Virus record (IMG/VR): IMGVR_UViG_3300025645_000047 | Coordinates: 26,571 to 90,570 of that record | Length of the DNA stretch: 64,000 bases | Source of the DNA: a virus | Reading direction: 5' to 3' (one strand) | In this document: in pieces, positions 46,856 to 56,984 of the stretch | Layout of the letters: every line of letters begins with the position of its first letter | Numbering within the stretch: the first letter of the stretch is position 1 | The notes under the pieces: model-generated | Seen by the model: only the letters and a program-made list of their open reading frames with translations | Database searches by the model: none | What the model was told of the DNA's origin: nothing | Made by a program: the position numbers and the translations under genes

Positions 46856-48306
46856 TAATGTTCAGTTTTTTGTTTACAATAATTAAATTTACTTGTGTTG
46901 CTGTCATAAGCTACACACTGGCCAGCACTTCTGTATTGATCAAATGATGTATCACTATAACCTGAGTCAAATGTGGTTCCACCAATACCAATCCAGAATG
47001 CTTGCTTACTATAAGTATTGCAATTGTCATAACCATCTGTAATAATAACACTGTTGTTACCATTAAGTTTGATCATTTCAACTACTTTATTAAAGTTAGT
47101 TCCACCAGATTTAGAAAAACTAAGAATTGTAACTTCATTGACATTGTCTATTTTGTATAGACTTCCATCAAAGAAATATAAATTCTCAATCATTCCCATT
47201 CTATGTAAAACCATAGCAATACCTTTTGCAAGGTCAATCATTCTAATATTAGCTCCTTCAAAGCATTCTTCAGATGTCATAGAGCCAGAGCAGTCAAGAT
47301 ATAAATCTATCTTACCCTTGTATATTCTACTTTCATTACCTGCACTCATGATCTCAGCATTTTTAAATACTGGGTGAAGAAATTCAAGACCAAATAGATC
47401 TTCGCATTCTTCACAATCAAATAAAGATTCTTCAACTCTCTTGAATTTAGTAGAGAAGTAGTTCATAGACTCATTAAGTATTTTCTCTAAAACTTTACGG
47501 ATACTATCCTTGTTTATAGAAACGCTATTTAATCTGCCTTTTAACTCTTCAATTTTCTCTAAGAACTCAGGATCATTATTCATAAGATCCTTCATTGCTT
47601 CCTTTCCCAATTGAGACTCCAAGTCTTTAATTTTATCATCAGCAGAGTTCTTTGCATTTTCAATCCTCTTAGTATTCTCGTCCAAGATTTTGTCAATCAT
47701 GTCTTCAACAGAACTTCTGTTAGATGAACCAGACTCTTTACTTGCACCAGTACTAGGATCTCCAGGACTATCATTACCTTGACCTTCTCCCTTTCCTTCT
47801 CCATCATCTTTCTGATTAGGATCCATTTTAGATTCTAAACCTTCAGATCCATCACCACTACCATTTTGCTGTTGCTCCTCCCTTATCTCATCATCAACTA
47901 TCTGCAATGCTAATGCAAGTTCTCTAGTTAGAATCTGTGTATATAAAGGTGAATCAACTGTAACAATTTTTGTAAGAGAATCATATACTTTGTCAAGCAC
48001 TTTATGTCTTACTCCGTTGTCATTGTTGGTAGGTCTTCTCTTAACATCTTTGTTTACGTAAATACTGTAAACATCATTGATAAGATCTTGTGATAGAGTG
48101 CATTCTTTGTTAGTCTCTTTCTCAACATAATCTCTAATCTTCTTAAGTCTCATTTCTTCGTATGCTGTTACGCCAGGTAACACAACGTGCTTGTCTTTTC
48201 TGTATCCAAATACACCTTCCTCAGCGTTTTGGAATCTCGCATAAGGATCATAGGAGGGGAATGATCCCCCTCCTAATTCATCCTTCTTTCTATTAAAGAT
48301 ACTCAT
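46855..48306 (-). CDS. VWA-domain protein (ViaA-like MoxR partner)
   Basis: MIDAS motif YLDCSGSM, GGTNF and IITDG; Gly/Ser/acidic linker before the VWA domain. Confidence 0.85.
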   Translation of the reverse strand: MSIFNRKKDELGGGSFPSYDPYARFQNAEEGVFGYRKDKHVVLPGVTAYEEMRLKKIRDYVEKETNKECTLSQDLINDVYSIYVNKDVKRRPTNNDNGVRHKVLDKVYDSLTKIVTVDSPLYTQILTRELALALQIVDDEIREEQQQNGSGDGSEGLESKMDPNQKDDGEGKGEGQGNDSPGDPSTGASKESGSSNRSSVEDMIDKILDENTKRIENAKNSADDKIKDLESQLGKEAMKDLMNNDPEFLEKIEELKGRLNSVSINKDSIRKVLEKILNESMNYFSTKFKRVEESLFDCEECEDLFGLEFLHPVFKNAEIMSAGNESRIYKGKIDLYLDCSGSMTSEECFEGANIRMIDLAKGIAMVLHRMGMIENLYFFDGSLYKIDNVNEVTILSFSKSGGTNFNKVVEMIKLNGNNSVIITDGYDNCNTYSKQAFWIGIGGTTFDSGYSDTSFDQYRSAGQCVAYDSNTSKFNYCKQKTEH

Positions 48307-49358
48307 TAGTAAGCTGTATCTTGAGCTTGAGACAATACACTTTCATCGTCAGATGACTTTAAGAAACTTAATTTAGCTTCCTCTTCAGCAATTCTAATTT
48401 GTAGATCTGCTTGATCATGCTCAGTAATGTTACCAGCTTTGCTAGCTACACCATAAGCAATCTCAAGTTGATCGTATTTAGAATTGTACTCTTCAGTACT
48501 CATACACTGACCAATAGCATCAACTAGATCATATAGTTCTCTAACTTCTTTAGGAACTAGCGTCTTAGCTAATTCTTTTGCAACAGCTTTACCTACTAAC
48601 AACTCAGCGGTTTTAACTAAACCTCTGTCTTCATTCATTCCCCAAACAATCATAACATTCTTAACAAGCGTAGGTAAAAATGATAGAGCTCTGTCTGATA
48701 ACTCACTATGAGCTACATCTAGAACTTTCTTAAGCTTACCTGAACTTAATGTTATTGCATCAATGTCAGAAGATTCTGGCAATCGAATATCTTGAGACTG
48801 AGTAAAAGCTTTACCGCCTTTGTCGTAGTATCCTAGCATGTCTGCTTGAGACAATCTAGTAACTTCATGCGTAATTAGAAATCTATCCCAGAATGGTGAG
48901 TCAACCTCATCATCAGGAATTTCATTACAAGTAGCAATAAAGTTTGTCCATTGACATGGCACTTTCTCTGTACCATTAAATAAAACACGCTCGTTCATAA
49001 TACCTAGCAAGCTGTTTCTTAAAGAGGCTGATGCTTTGTCAATCTCGTTAATAACAACTACTTTGGCATTAGTAATAGGTGAATTAATTTTGTATTTGTT
49101 AGTCGTAGTAAGGGCTTCTAAATCAATATTACCCTTCACTGCATTACTTCTAGTTCCTTCATCTGTTTCTAATAGAAACAAATCTGATGAATTAAGTTTT
49201 CCTAGTGAACCTTTTGCAAAGTCAATTACAGCTGCTGTTTTAGCAACTCCAGGAGGTCCTATTAGTAATATTGGCGTTCTTACAGCCTCACCTAGAGCCA
49301 TGACTCTAAATGTTTCTTCTTTCTTCAATAAATTGGTATTAATAACTCTTTTAATCAT
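48306..49358 (-). CDS. MoxR/RavA-family AAA+ ATPase
   Basis: GPPGVAKT Walker A, VVINEIDKAS Walker B region, NSLLGIMNER, ATCNEIP, FWDRF. Confidence 0.85.
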   Translation of the reverse strand: MIKRVINTNLLKKEETFRVMALGEAVRTPILLIGPPGVAKTAAVIDFAKGSLGKLNSSDLFLLETDEGTRSNAVKGNIDLEALTTTNKYKINSPITNAKVVVINEIDKASASLRNSLLGIMNERVLFNGTEKVPCQWTNFIATCNEIPDDEVDSPFWDRFLITHEVTRLSQADMLGYYDKGGKAFTQSQDIRLPESSDIDAITLSSGKLKKVLDVAHSELSDRALSFLPTLVKNVMIVWGMNEDRGLVKTAELLVGKAVAKELAKTLVPKEVRELYDLVDAIGQCMSTEEYNSKYDQLEIAYGVASKAGNITEHDQADLQIRIAEEEAKLSFLKSSDDESVLSQAQDTAY

Positions 49359-49373
49359 GATTTGGTTTTTTAA

Positions 49374-50450
49374 TTACATTATTTGCTTTAATTCCTCTTG
49401 TCTCAATTGTTCTTTTATAAGTCTTAAGAGTAATTCTTTTAAGCTTTCACCATCATACATCTCTATATAGTCTGACGGATCTTTCGCTTGGTATTTATTG
49501 GGTATTTCAATCTGTAGGAATCCAGTTTGTTCTGATAATTTCAGACCTCCTTTTCTTCCTGGGTTATTAGGATTATCAAAGTCATTGTCATACAAGACAA
49601 AAACTTCTTTAAATCTACTTCTTAGCTCGTCTACTACATTATCTTTAGGTTTAACACCTTCGCTCTGCAATGAGCATGATGTGACGAAATTAGAAGGGAA
49701 TAGACTTTTGATAACAGCAGCATCTTTCCTGCTACTTGTTATTATACACATATTTCCTGTATCAGGTAATTGTGTCCATAACTCCCATGTTGAATAATCA
49801 TTATTATTCATCCACTTATTTTCTTTATCTGCATTTGGCTGATAAATCTTAAAAGTTTGATTACCATCTTTTTCTTCCACAAAAGCATAGGATAAATCCT
49901 GTGCAAGTGTGCAAGCACCATTAACAAAGTAATGAGATATTGGATATATGTTACAATACTCTAATTGAGCTTTTGTTAATCCATATTTACTTTGCCAATA
50001 ATCTTTATCTCTAAGTTTCCAGTCTCTAACAGTAACACTTATTTTGAGTCTTGAATGCTTAACCGTAGTTGCAGTATTCTTTTTATCAACATAACTCACT
50101 ATTGGAGAAGAATCAGAAGATGAATCAACTAATTGAAATTGACTTAAATTAAAGTCTCTTGCAATTTTGTTAAACACATCTGTTTTCTTTTGTATATTAA
50201 ATAGTCTCATCACAAATAAGAAACAATCTCCAGATTCACCTGTGGCAAAATCTTTAAAGAATATCTTATCATGCTTTTTACTATGGAATACACTAAATGA
50301 TGGTTTTGTATCCTCTCTTAAAGGACTGCTAATTGGTTTTCTAGGAACTCCTCCTAAATAAAATTCAAATATTTCAAAGTCTGAAAGACAACCCATAATA
50401 TCATTAGCATTGGGCAAATATTTTATTACTTGACTTTTTCCAAAGGCCAT
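49374..50450 (-). CDS. dnaG: DNA primase (crAss-type DnaG/TOPRIM)
   Basis: SPLREDTKPSF..FKDFATGESGD N-terminus; IITSSRKD, LYDNDFD, KDPSD. Confidence 0.85.
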   Translation of the reverse strand: MAFGKSQVIKYLPNANDIMGCLSDFEIFEFYLGGVPRKPISSPLREDTKPSFSVFHSKKHDKIFFKDFATGESGDCFLFVMRLFNIQKKTDVFNKIARDFNLSQFQLVDSSSDSSPIVSYVDKKNTATTVKHSRLKISVTVRDWKLRDKDYWQSKYGLTKAQLEYCNIYPISHYFVNGACTLAQDLSYAFVEEKDGNQTFKIYQPNADKENKWMNNNDYSTWELWTQLPDTGNMCIITSSRKDAAVIKSLFPSNFVTSCSLQSEGVKPKDNVVDELRSRFKEVFVLYDNDFDNPNNPGRKGGLKLSEQTGFLQIEIPNKYQAKDPSDYIEMYDGESLKELLLRLIKEQLRQEELKQIM

Positions 50451-50470
50451 AAGAAATTATGTTTAAAATA

Positions 50471-50500
50471 AAAAGGGACTGTAAAAATACAATCCCTTTT
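50471..50500 (-). terminator. Rho-independent terminator
   Basis: AAAAGGGA.TGTA...TACA.TCCCTTTT; gives a U tract on the - strand. Confidence 0.75.
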
Positions 50501-50521
50501 AAAATTAGTATTTAGTTAAAT

Positions 50522-51439
50522 TTAGCTTAACCAATCATCTGAATTATCGACATCAGCGTCAGAAGTATCTGCTGTTGCAAATACATCTGCTTGGTCAGTA
50601 TTTCCAGAAGAAATGCTAGTTGGAATTAATTCAAATTCACGAACTGAAAGATCTCTTGCACCGAAATCTACATTACCAAAAGCACCTGCTGCAACTGCTT
50701 CATCCAAATCCTTAAGGATATAGGTGAATTTAGAAGCTTTAGCACTTGGTATTGTGTATTGACGCAAAGTATGACGGTTGAATGTAGTTTGCACTAGTTT
50801 ACCGTCTCCTTTAGTTTTAACACCTAACAATACTCCAACTTTGTTGTTTGTACTACCAATTACATTACGTAATAGTGTTACATCTCCAGCAAAGATAGTT
50901 TTCCATTCTTCTTTAGAAATCTTAGCATAACACTCAGATGGATCACTAACCTTACTTGTATCCCAAGGAAGATTTAGTAAGTTAACTAAGAAAGAAATCA
51001 ATTCAACTTCTCCACGCTTAGCAACTTTTACTCCATCGTTGTTGTACCACTGCATGTTTGGTGGCATGTTTCCACTCTTGATAGACTCTTCTGTTAACCA
51101 GGTGTCTTTACCAAATGAATTTATAACCTTAAACTTTCCAGTTTGAGATTTGTGATGTGTATTTCCAACATAGAACTGAATCTTTGTCTTTAAATCACCT
51201 TCTTCATTTGATAGATAGAAATCTAATCTAATCTGTGGAACTTCTCTTTCTCCATCTCCATCAGAAACTGTTGTTGTTCCGACATACTCTGGATCAAAGT
51301 TAATCTCACGGCCATATATTTCTTCCAACTCATCTTTAGAAGGATTAACTCCTACTACTTTAAAGTTTTCTGCCCCTGTGTATAACTTCTTTGCACTACC
51401 TGCAGTTACTTCTTGTCCTGCTCCAAATCCTGTACTCAT
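50522..51439 (-). CDS. Putative single-stranded DNA-binding protein (crAss-type)
   Basis: KLYTGAENFKVVGVNPS; acidic C-terminal tail ending SDDWLS; next to the primase gene. Confidence 0.6.
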   Translation of the reverse strand: MSTGFGAGQEVTAGSAKKLYTGAENFKVVGVNPSKDELEEIYGREINFDPEYVGTTTVSDGDGEREVPQIRLDFYLSNEEGDLKTKIQFYVGNTHHKSQTGKFKVINSFGKDTWLTEESIKSGNMPPNMQWYNNDGVKVAKRGEVELISFLVNLLNLPWDTSKVSDPSECYAKISKEEWKTIFAGDVTLLRNVIGSTNNKVGVLLGVKTKGDGKLVQTTFNRHTLRQYTIPSAKASKFTYILKDLDEAVAAGAFGNVDFGARDLSVREFELIPTSISSGNTDQADVFATADTSDADVDNSDDWLS

Positions 51440-51461
51440 ATTTTATATGTATTTAAAATTT

Positions 51462-51484
51462 GAGGGTCTTTTAAGGCGACCCTC
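51462..51484 (-). terminator. Intergenic hairpin
   Basis: GAGGGTC...GACCCTC. Confidence 0.5.
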
Positions 51485-51506
51485 TTTACCTATAGTTAAT
51501 TAATAA

Positions 51507-52157
51507 TTAAACCCATTCGTTAGTTTCTACTGCCTCTTGTACTGGCTCATCTGGCTGTACTTCTGGCTCTACTTCTTCCATAATTGGATCATTGAGTTCA
51601 GCAGTTGCTACCTCGTTAATAACAGAATTAGTAACTTCTTCTACAGACATCTCGCCAGTATTAGTTTCAATAATATCTGATGAAGAAACTATAGGAGATA
51701 AAGCATAAGCTTCAACTTCTGTAGAATCAAACTCAGTTAATTTAAACTCAATATTAGTAGAGTCATCTCTTTCTAAGAAATTAAATATCTCGTTACAAGC
51801 ATGAGTAGAGCTAATAGCCTTACCTTTCTCTGATGTATCTTCTCCAAAAGAAACTCTGTTTTTAGAAGTCTTGTAAGTTACATCAACTTCTGATCCTAGG
51901 TTAGCTGCATTGGCAAGCAATACTCTCTTTGGAGAATTATCACCCATCTCTACAGATGCAAGAACAAGTTGTTGAACTGTTCCAACTTCACAATTTAGCA
52001 ATTCTGCTGCTTTAGTGTTCAATAGTATTCTTCTTGATTTCTTAGCACCTTTCTGGCCTTCTATAGTAACCACTGCTAAATCTGCGTATTTATCATTTGT
52101 TGTTGTTGTCGGATTTTGACCTAGTCTTTTAGTTCCGAAAATAATTGTTGCATTCAT
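51507..52157 (-). CDS. Hypothetical protein with acidic C-terminal tail
   Basis: 216 aa; Glu-rich tail ending NEWV. Confidence 0.65.
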   Translation of the reverse strand: MNATIIFGTKRLGQNPTTTTNDKYADLAVVTIEGQKGAKKSRRILLNTKAAELLNCEVGTVQQLVLASVEMGDNSPKRVLLANAANLGSEVDVTYKTSKNRVSFGEDTSEKGKAISSTHACNEIFNFLERDDSTNIEFKLTEFDSTEVEAYALSPIVSSSDIIETNTGEMSVEEVTNSVINEVATAELNDPIMEEVEPEVQPDEPVQEAVETNEWV

Positions 52158-52203
52158 AATCTTTGTTGTTTTTTAATATTAGTTTTTAATTTATTTTAAT
52201 TTA

Positions 52204-52899
52204 CTATCCTTCTTCGTACTTTGTAATAGCATCTAGTACTGCAAGCATATCGTTATCTACGACATCTCCTGCAAACATACCATCAGGACTCTTTGCCATA
52301 TTAGTTGTATTGTTTTGAGTCATGAATCCGTAATGGATATCATTACCTTTCTTCTCAACAATAGTCTCTAGTATTACACCGAACATACCTTCTGGCTTAA
52401 CTACATCTTGTACTAATTTACCACCTGGTACACCAAATACAGTTTTGTCTACTCCATTAAAAGATTTAGTCTCTGTGTGTGCCATAACTATTACAGTTAG
52501 ATCTTCACGTAAAGGGTCAATACCTTTTAATGTTTTGTATACATTTTCTCCCATTTCTGTGAACTTTGCATAACCAACTGTTTTAGCTTTGTCCATAAAC
52601 TCGCCAATCATAGCATAAGTAATAGTGTCTATTACAATTGTTTTGATATCAGCTCTGTTTTTACTTACAAATGACATAGCTGCTCTAATTTTCTCCCAAT
52701 TTGTAGTTTTCAAATAATTACAAGTGTTAGGATTAAACATACCTGCTTCATCTTTCATTATGTAATTCTTCTTCCAACCTCTAAATGGAGGTGCTTTCTC
52801 GTCAGGACATATAATAAATGTCGTTGTTGGGTCTAATGTTCTCAGTGCATAGGTTTTACCTGTACCACTGTAACCCGTAATCAATAGTTTGTTTGCCAT
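52204..52899 (-). CDS. AAA_24 / Sak4-like ATPase (recombination)
   Basis: GYSGTGKT, IVIDT, VMAHTE, KPEGMF, AKSPDGMF. Confidence 0.8.
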   Translation of the reverse strand: MANKLLITGYSGTGKTYALRTLDPTTTFIICPDEKAPPFRGWKKNYIMKDEAGMFNPNTCNYLKTTNWEKIRAAMSFVSKNRADIKTIVIDTITYAMIGEFMDKAKTVGYAKFTEMGENVYKTLKGIDPLREDLTVIVMAHTETKSFNGVDKTVFGVPGGKLVQDVVKPEGMFGVILETIVEKKGNDIHYGFMTQNNTTNMAKSPDGMFAGDVVDNDMLAVLDAITKYEEG

Positions 52900-52902
52900 T
52901 TT

Positions 52903-53217
52903 TTAAGTTGTTTTGGTTTTTAATTTATTTTCACTCTCTTCGTAAGCAGCAGTCAGTAGATCTTTTGACATTAAGAATGCAAGCTCTCTTTTAGAGAATG
53001 CTCTTTCTATCTTTTGTGCTACATATGCTACTGGGTTTTCATTGTCAGAATCTATTACTAGATCTGTAAACAAACCTGCATGTCTTTCTTTAAAAGATTC
53101 AAGATCTGTAATCCCACAGGATACCAAATCACTTTCAAAGTTAGTCATATCATAGTCTGCATGTTCTGGAATTTCAGGATCATCCTTACTTTCCTTTCTA
53201 TTAAAAAAATCACTCAT
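52903..53217 (-). CDS. Hypothetical protein
   Basis: 104 aa; first gene after a predicted promoter. Confidence 0.6.
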   Translation of the reverse strand: MSDFFNRKESKDDPEIPEHADYDMTNFESDLVSCGITDLESFKERHAGLFTDLVIDSDNENPVAYVAQKIERAFSKRELAFLMSKDLLTAAYEESENKLKTKTT

Positions 53218-53260
53218 TTGTATTTTTATTTTACTTATTTGTTAACGATTTTTGTGTTGG

Positions 53261-53291
53261 TAAATATACCACTTTTTTTACTTATTGACAA
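53261..53291 (-). promoter_or_regulatory. Bacteroidetes-type promoter variant
   Basis: On the - strand: TTGTC-N18-TATATTTA, the same spacing as the two + strand promoters. Confidence 0.55.
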
Positions 53292-53305
53292 GGTTATTAA
53301 CAGAT

Positions 53306-54019
53306 TTATACTATATTTAGTTGTCTAATTTTATCTACTAAATCTTCGATAGAACCGTCATTTTCTATTACATAGTCAAATCCATCATAATCATCTAAAG
53401 CTGTTTCTGATAGGTGAGGGTTTACATCAATAGCTCTTGTACCATTATCTCTATTAATCCTAATAACAATACCACCTCTATCTTTAATACCTTCAACTTC
53501 ATTAGGAAATCTAACATCTGTTATTATCCATTTAGGATAAACCCAAGAGCCTTTTATATTTTTACCTGCAGAACCTTTATAGTCAAATCCTAAAGGGTTA
53601 TAATCAGCAAACAAAGCATTTACCCATATATTAGGGTGAATAATCTGTCTACCTGCTTCAGTACCTAAAAGTTGTAAGAGTTTACGAGGTGTTAATAATG
53701 AAGAAAATGTACTTTCTTCTTTACAAACTAAATCACAATTATCATCGTTAAAATATTGCCTCCACTCTTCCCCTAGTTCTTTATCCTTAAACTCTCTATC
53801 TTCTAGTTGACGTATATCACATCCTATCAAAACTGATACTATCCATTTAATAGGATAAGCAAACTTTTTATTTTCATACTTTCTATGAACAAAAAATGCA
53901 TTAGACATATAATCTGAAAAGTTTTTCCAATCATCTTCTTGAGCTAAATAGCCTAATATATGAAACATTAGGTCTTTTCCTGATCCGATTTTACCGGATA
54001 TTCCTATAAGACTACTCAT
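53306..54019 (-). CDS. Deoxynucleoside monophosphate kinase
   Basis: GISGKIGSGKD, FAYPIK, TPRKLLQLLGTEAGR, IITDVRFPNE, HLSETALD. Confidence 0.88.
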   Translation of the reverse strand: MSSLIGISGKIGSGKDLMFHILGYLAQEDDWKNFSDYMSNAFFVHRKYENKKFAYPIKWIVSVLIGCDIRQLEDREFKDKELGEEWRQYFNDDNCDLVCKEESTFSSLLTPRKLLQLLGTEAGRQIIHPNIWVNALFADYNPLGFDYKGSAGKNIKGSWVYPKWIITDVRFPNEVEGIKDRGGIVIRINRDNGTRAIDVNPHLSETALDDYDGFDYVIENDGSIEDLVDKIRQLNIV

Positions 54020-55068
54020 TACTTATCAAGTCTAAATCCATACATAACCGGGTGTCTTGGAACTCCTGTATCAGAGTATTCAAAGAATCTTAACTCACAA
54101 GTCTTGCCGATGTGCTTAGCTTTATTTGCTAGCAAGTCTACAGCTTCCTCATGTGATAATGATAATCCTGCACCTAACTCATTGTTTTCTGCACCTTCCC
54201 AAGCAAATATAGGCTTACCGTGTGTAGGCCTTTTCTCTGACGGTATTACATCTAACAATGGTAAAGCCAAGTCAGTAAAGTCTTTAAGCTTTAACAAACT
54301 AGAACTTCTTCCATTAAGTTTGTATCCTTCATCACCATGACGAACAATAGTACCTTCGTATCCTCTAGAAATATTGTAGCAATGAAAATCCAATAACTCT
54401 TCTCTATTATTAATAGGAACAGTTTCTACTAACTCTATACCTGGATGTCCTTCAACGTATTCTCTAAGTGTTAAGTATCTCTCAATAAATGGAGCGTCCA
54501 TGATCATATCATATACATGATGCTTAACATTTATTGTATCAGGTCTTATCTTTTTGATAACTCTCATATTCTCTTGAAAACTTAATCCATGAGCATACAA
54601 TTCTCCATCAATGACAACTTCATGCAATATGTCATGGTCAGTAATCTTAACGTGTGGTACTGTAGTTATCGCATTACCTGATCTAGAAATTAGTGTTCCA
54701 AATGAGCTGTTTAAGGCTCTCATTCCATCTAACTTAGGTTGGGCGTAGCAAGGATATGATACTTTCTTTTCTTCTTTACCAAACACTTTGGCCAGCATTG
54801 GAAGTATTACTACTTCATCAATTGCCTCTTGTTGTGCTTTAAAGTATCCTTCTTTAAGCTTCTTTATGTATTTAGCTTTAGCTTCTATCTCTGCTTGTCT
54901 TTCAGCTGTAGTCTCATTGGCTCTCCCAATATTCTTAGCTTCACACTGACTAACATTAGTGACATGCTTACCATCTAAAATACCAGACACCTGAACAATT
55001 GTTGAACCATCTGTAGTAATATCTAAGAACCTAATCTTACCTTTACTGTCTTTTTTGTATAATAACAT
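54019..55068 (-). CDS. ATP-dependent DNA ligase
   Basis: PMLAK, QPKLDGMR (motif I), IDGELY, GYEGTIVR, LLKLKDF, PRHP. Confidence 0.92.
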   Translation of the reverse strand: MLLYKKDSKGKIRFLDITTDGSTIVQVSGILDGKHVTNVSQCEAKNIGRANETTAERQAEIEAKAKYIKKLKEGYFKAQQEAIDEVVILPMLAKVFGKEEKKVSYPCYAQPKLDGMRALNSSFGTLISRSGNAITTVPHVKITDHDILHEVVIDGELYAHGLSFQENMRVIKKIRPDTINVKHHVYDMIMDAPFIERYLTLREYVEGHPGIELVETVPINNREELLDFHCYNISRGYEGTIVRHGDEGYKLNGRSSSLLKLKDFTDLALPLLDVIPSEKRPTHGKPIFAWEGAENNELGAGLSLSHEEAVDLLANKAKHIGKTCELRFFEYSDTGVPRHPVMYGFRLDK

Positions 55069-55083
55069 TTTTTAGTTTTTAAA

Positions 55084-56292
55084 TTATTGTCCGAAATTTT
55101 TGACAGCTCTAGGTTTACTTACTCTACCTAAAAGTCTATCTGCTGTATCATAAAAAGGTTGTAGCCTTGCGGGCTCATTACTTCTTGGCAACTCTTTAAA
55201 TCTATTAGTTGCACCGTCAAATAAATAATGAAAATATTTATTAGGTGCTCCAAATCTATTTTTAAGTATTTTAGTTGCTCTGAAACAGTCTCTGAATCTT
55301 CTGATATCATATCCATGATAATCTTCAAATCCATATCTATCAGGTGAATAAACACCAATTACCACTTTTGCATCACGCTGAATTTCCTTATTGTTAGCGA
55401 AATTTGCCAAAGAAGGTTCAGTCTTTTTCTGAACACTATCACCCTTGTTAGTAAATTGCTCTTTCTCGCCTGATTGCTCTTGTTGTATTACATTTACAAC
55501 AGCCCAATTCCAATGCTTAGTAACTTGCTTCAAAGCATAGTTAGTACTCCATTGTGCCATGGTCTGATGTTGAGTCATCATGTTTGAACTTCCTTTCATT
55601 TTCTCAGAAGTCAACAAACTCATGTGGTCAACTACAACTATAGTAAATGCATTTGGATCATTAGGAATATAGTGACTGTACACTTTTACTGTTTCTTTCT
55701 TAGTGTATTTCGTACCATCTTCATTAACTTTCTTCTTTATAAACTCTTTGTCTTCAAAGATATGTGTACCATTTTTGTCAGCATAATCTCTACAGTATTT
55801 GTAGATGCCGGTTGGATTGTACACTGAGTCTATAATTTCTACATTCTCTAGTAAGGTCTCTACATCATCAATGTTAGATTCTATTAGATTCATTAAGTTC
55901 TGGTCAAGAGATTTTTCTCTAAAACCTTGAAGTGTCAATAAATCCATTTCAATCTGACATCTTGATGATATAAAATTACATATCATTGTATCGATAAATT
56001 CTTGTTCCGACTCTTCGAGTGCAAAATAGAATATCTTTAAGTTGATATTGTGCTTTAACGCATACTCTAGAGGCTCTCTAACATAAAGAGCTTTAGTCAA
56101 TTGAGTTTTACCAACACCTGAACCTGCAGTAACCATCTGTATCATACCTGGAACTACTCCTGGTACAGACTTTGAAAGCTTAGGATAATTTTCAAATGGA
56201 ATACAAAATATTGCACCATTGTCTTTATCATCTTTAATCTTCTTGAGCTGTTCTACCCTTCTTTTTACTTTTCCTATTACTTTTTCTATCAT
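55084..56292 (-). CDS. dnaB: Replicative DnaB-like (SF4) helicase
   Basis: TAGSGVGKT, YFALEES, VVVDHMSLL, VIQQ, KILKNRFG. Confidence 0.85.
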   Translation of the reverse strand: MIEKVIGKVKRRVEQLKKIKDDKDNGAIFCIPFENYPKLSKSVPGVVPGMIQMVTAGSGVGKTQLTKALYVREPLEYALKHNINLKIFYFALEESEQEFIDTMICNFISSRCQIEMDLLTLQGFREKSLDQNLMNLIESNIDDVETLLENVEIIDSVYNPTGIYKYCRDYADKNGTHIFEDKEFIKKKVNEDGTKYTKKETVKVYSHYIPNDPNAFTIVVVDHMSLLTSEKMKGSSNMMTQHQTMAQWSTNYALKQVTKHWNWAVVNVIQQEQSGEKEQFTNKGDSVQKKTEPSLANFANNKEIQRDAKVVIGVYSPDRYGFEDYHGYDIRRFRDCFRATKILKNRFGAPNKYFHYLFDGATNRFKELPRSNEPARLQPFYDTADRLLGRVSKPRAVKNFGQ

Positions 56293-56432
56293 AAATTATT
56301 TGGATTTTGTATTGGGTCTATAACTTCTGTCATTGTACATACATGGCCATCATTCCAATTTGGACTAGGTGGTATATAATTACCAACACTAGTAAATCCA
56401 GTACCACATTCTTTACATCTATATCTTTTCAT
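56289..56432 (-). CDS. Small putative zinc-binding protein (47 aa)
   Basis: MKRYRCKECGTGF...DGHVC...; fills the gap, ATGA overlap with the helicase gene. Confidence 0.55.
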   Translation of the reverse strand: MKRYRCKECGTGFTSVGNYIPPSPNWNDGHVCTMTEVIDPIQNPNNL

Positions 56433-56984
56433 TTACATATAATCTTCGTTTTCATACTTGTTTTCTCCTGTATCACTGTCTAGAAGGTATGAATACTTCT
56501 CGTGATAACCCTCGTTCAACCATCGGGTAGCCTCGACCATGTATTCTAGGTCGCCTGACTTTGTCTTGTCCTTAACCTCTAGTTCAAGTACTCTAATTGC
56601 AACTTCTTGCTTTTGAGCATTATTCCTAAATATTAATTCCCATTTCTTTCTTAGTTTTTTACCCAACATTGTATCAGCTGCAGCAGGCGATAAAGCCCTC
56701 TGACCACCGTGTTTTTTACGAACTGAAGTTGGATATGTCCTAAGCCATTTGATAAATAAATCGTCATCTAAGACAAAGAATATAGATGCTTTTTCTCTAA
56801 GAAATAAGCCATCTTTACTCACTTTAATAAATCCTTTGCTTTCTAAATTTGTCAATGATTCTAGACTAGTATCTAAGATACCGGTTATTACAAAACCGTT
56901 GGCAATATTATATAATATTAAGTATTCATTAATTGATATCTTGTTCTTGACAATATCACCAATCGGCAGTGTTATATTATCCAT
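56433..56984 (-). CDS. Putative replication initiation/organiser protein
   Basis: N-terminal wHTH-like (LESKGFIK), F..W.RTYP and YMVEATRWLN motifs; upstream of the helicase as in crAss-like phages. Confidence 0.55.
   Translation of the reverse strand: MDNITLPIGDIVKNKISINEYLILYNIANGFVITGILDTSLESLTNLESKGFIKVSKDGLFLREKASIFFVLDDDLFIKWLRTYPTSVRKKHGGQRALSPAAADTMLGKKLRKKWELIFRNNAQKQEVAIRVLELEVKDKTKSGDLEYMVEATRWLNEGYHEKYSYLLDSDTGENKYENEDYM

Noticed and set aside
50280-50450. Primase lacking zinc-finger cysteines
   Set aside because: A degenerate SPLRED..PSF N-terminus is, as I recall, usual for crAss-like primases and so not novel.
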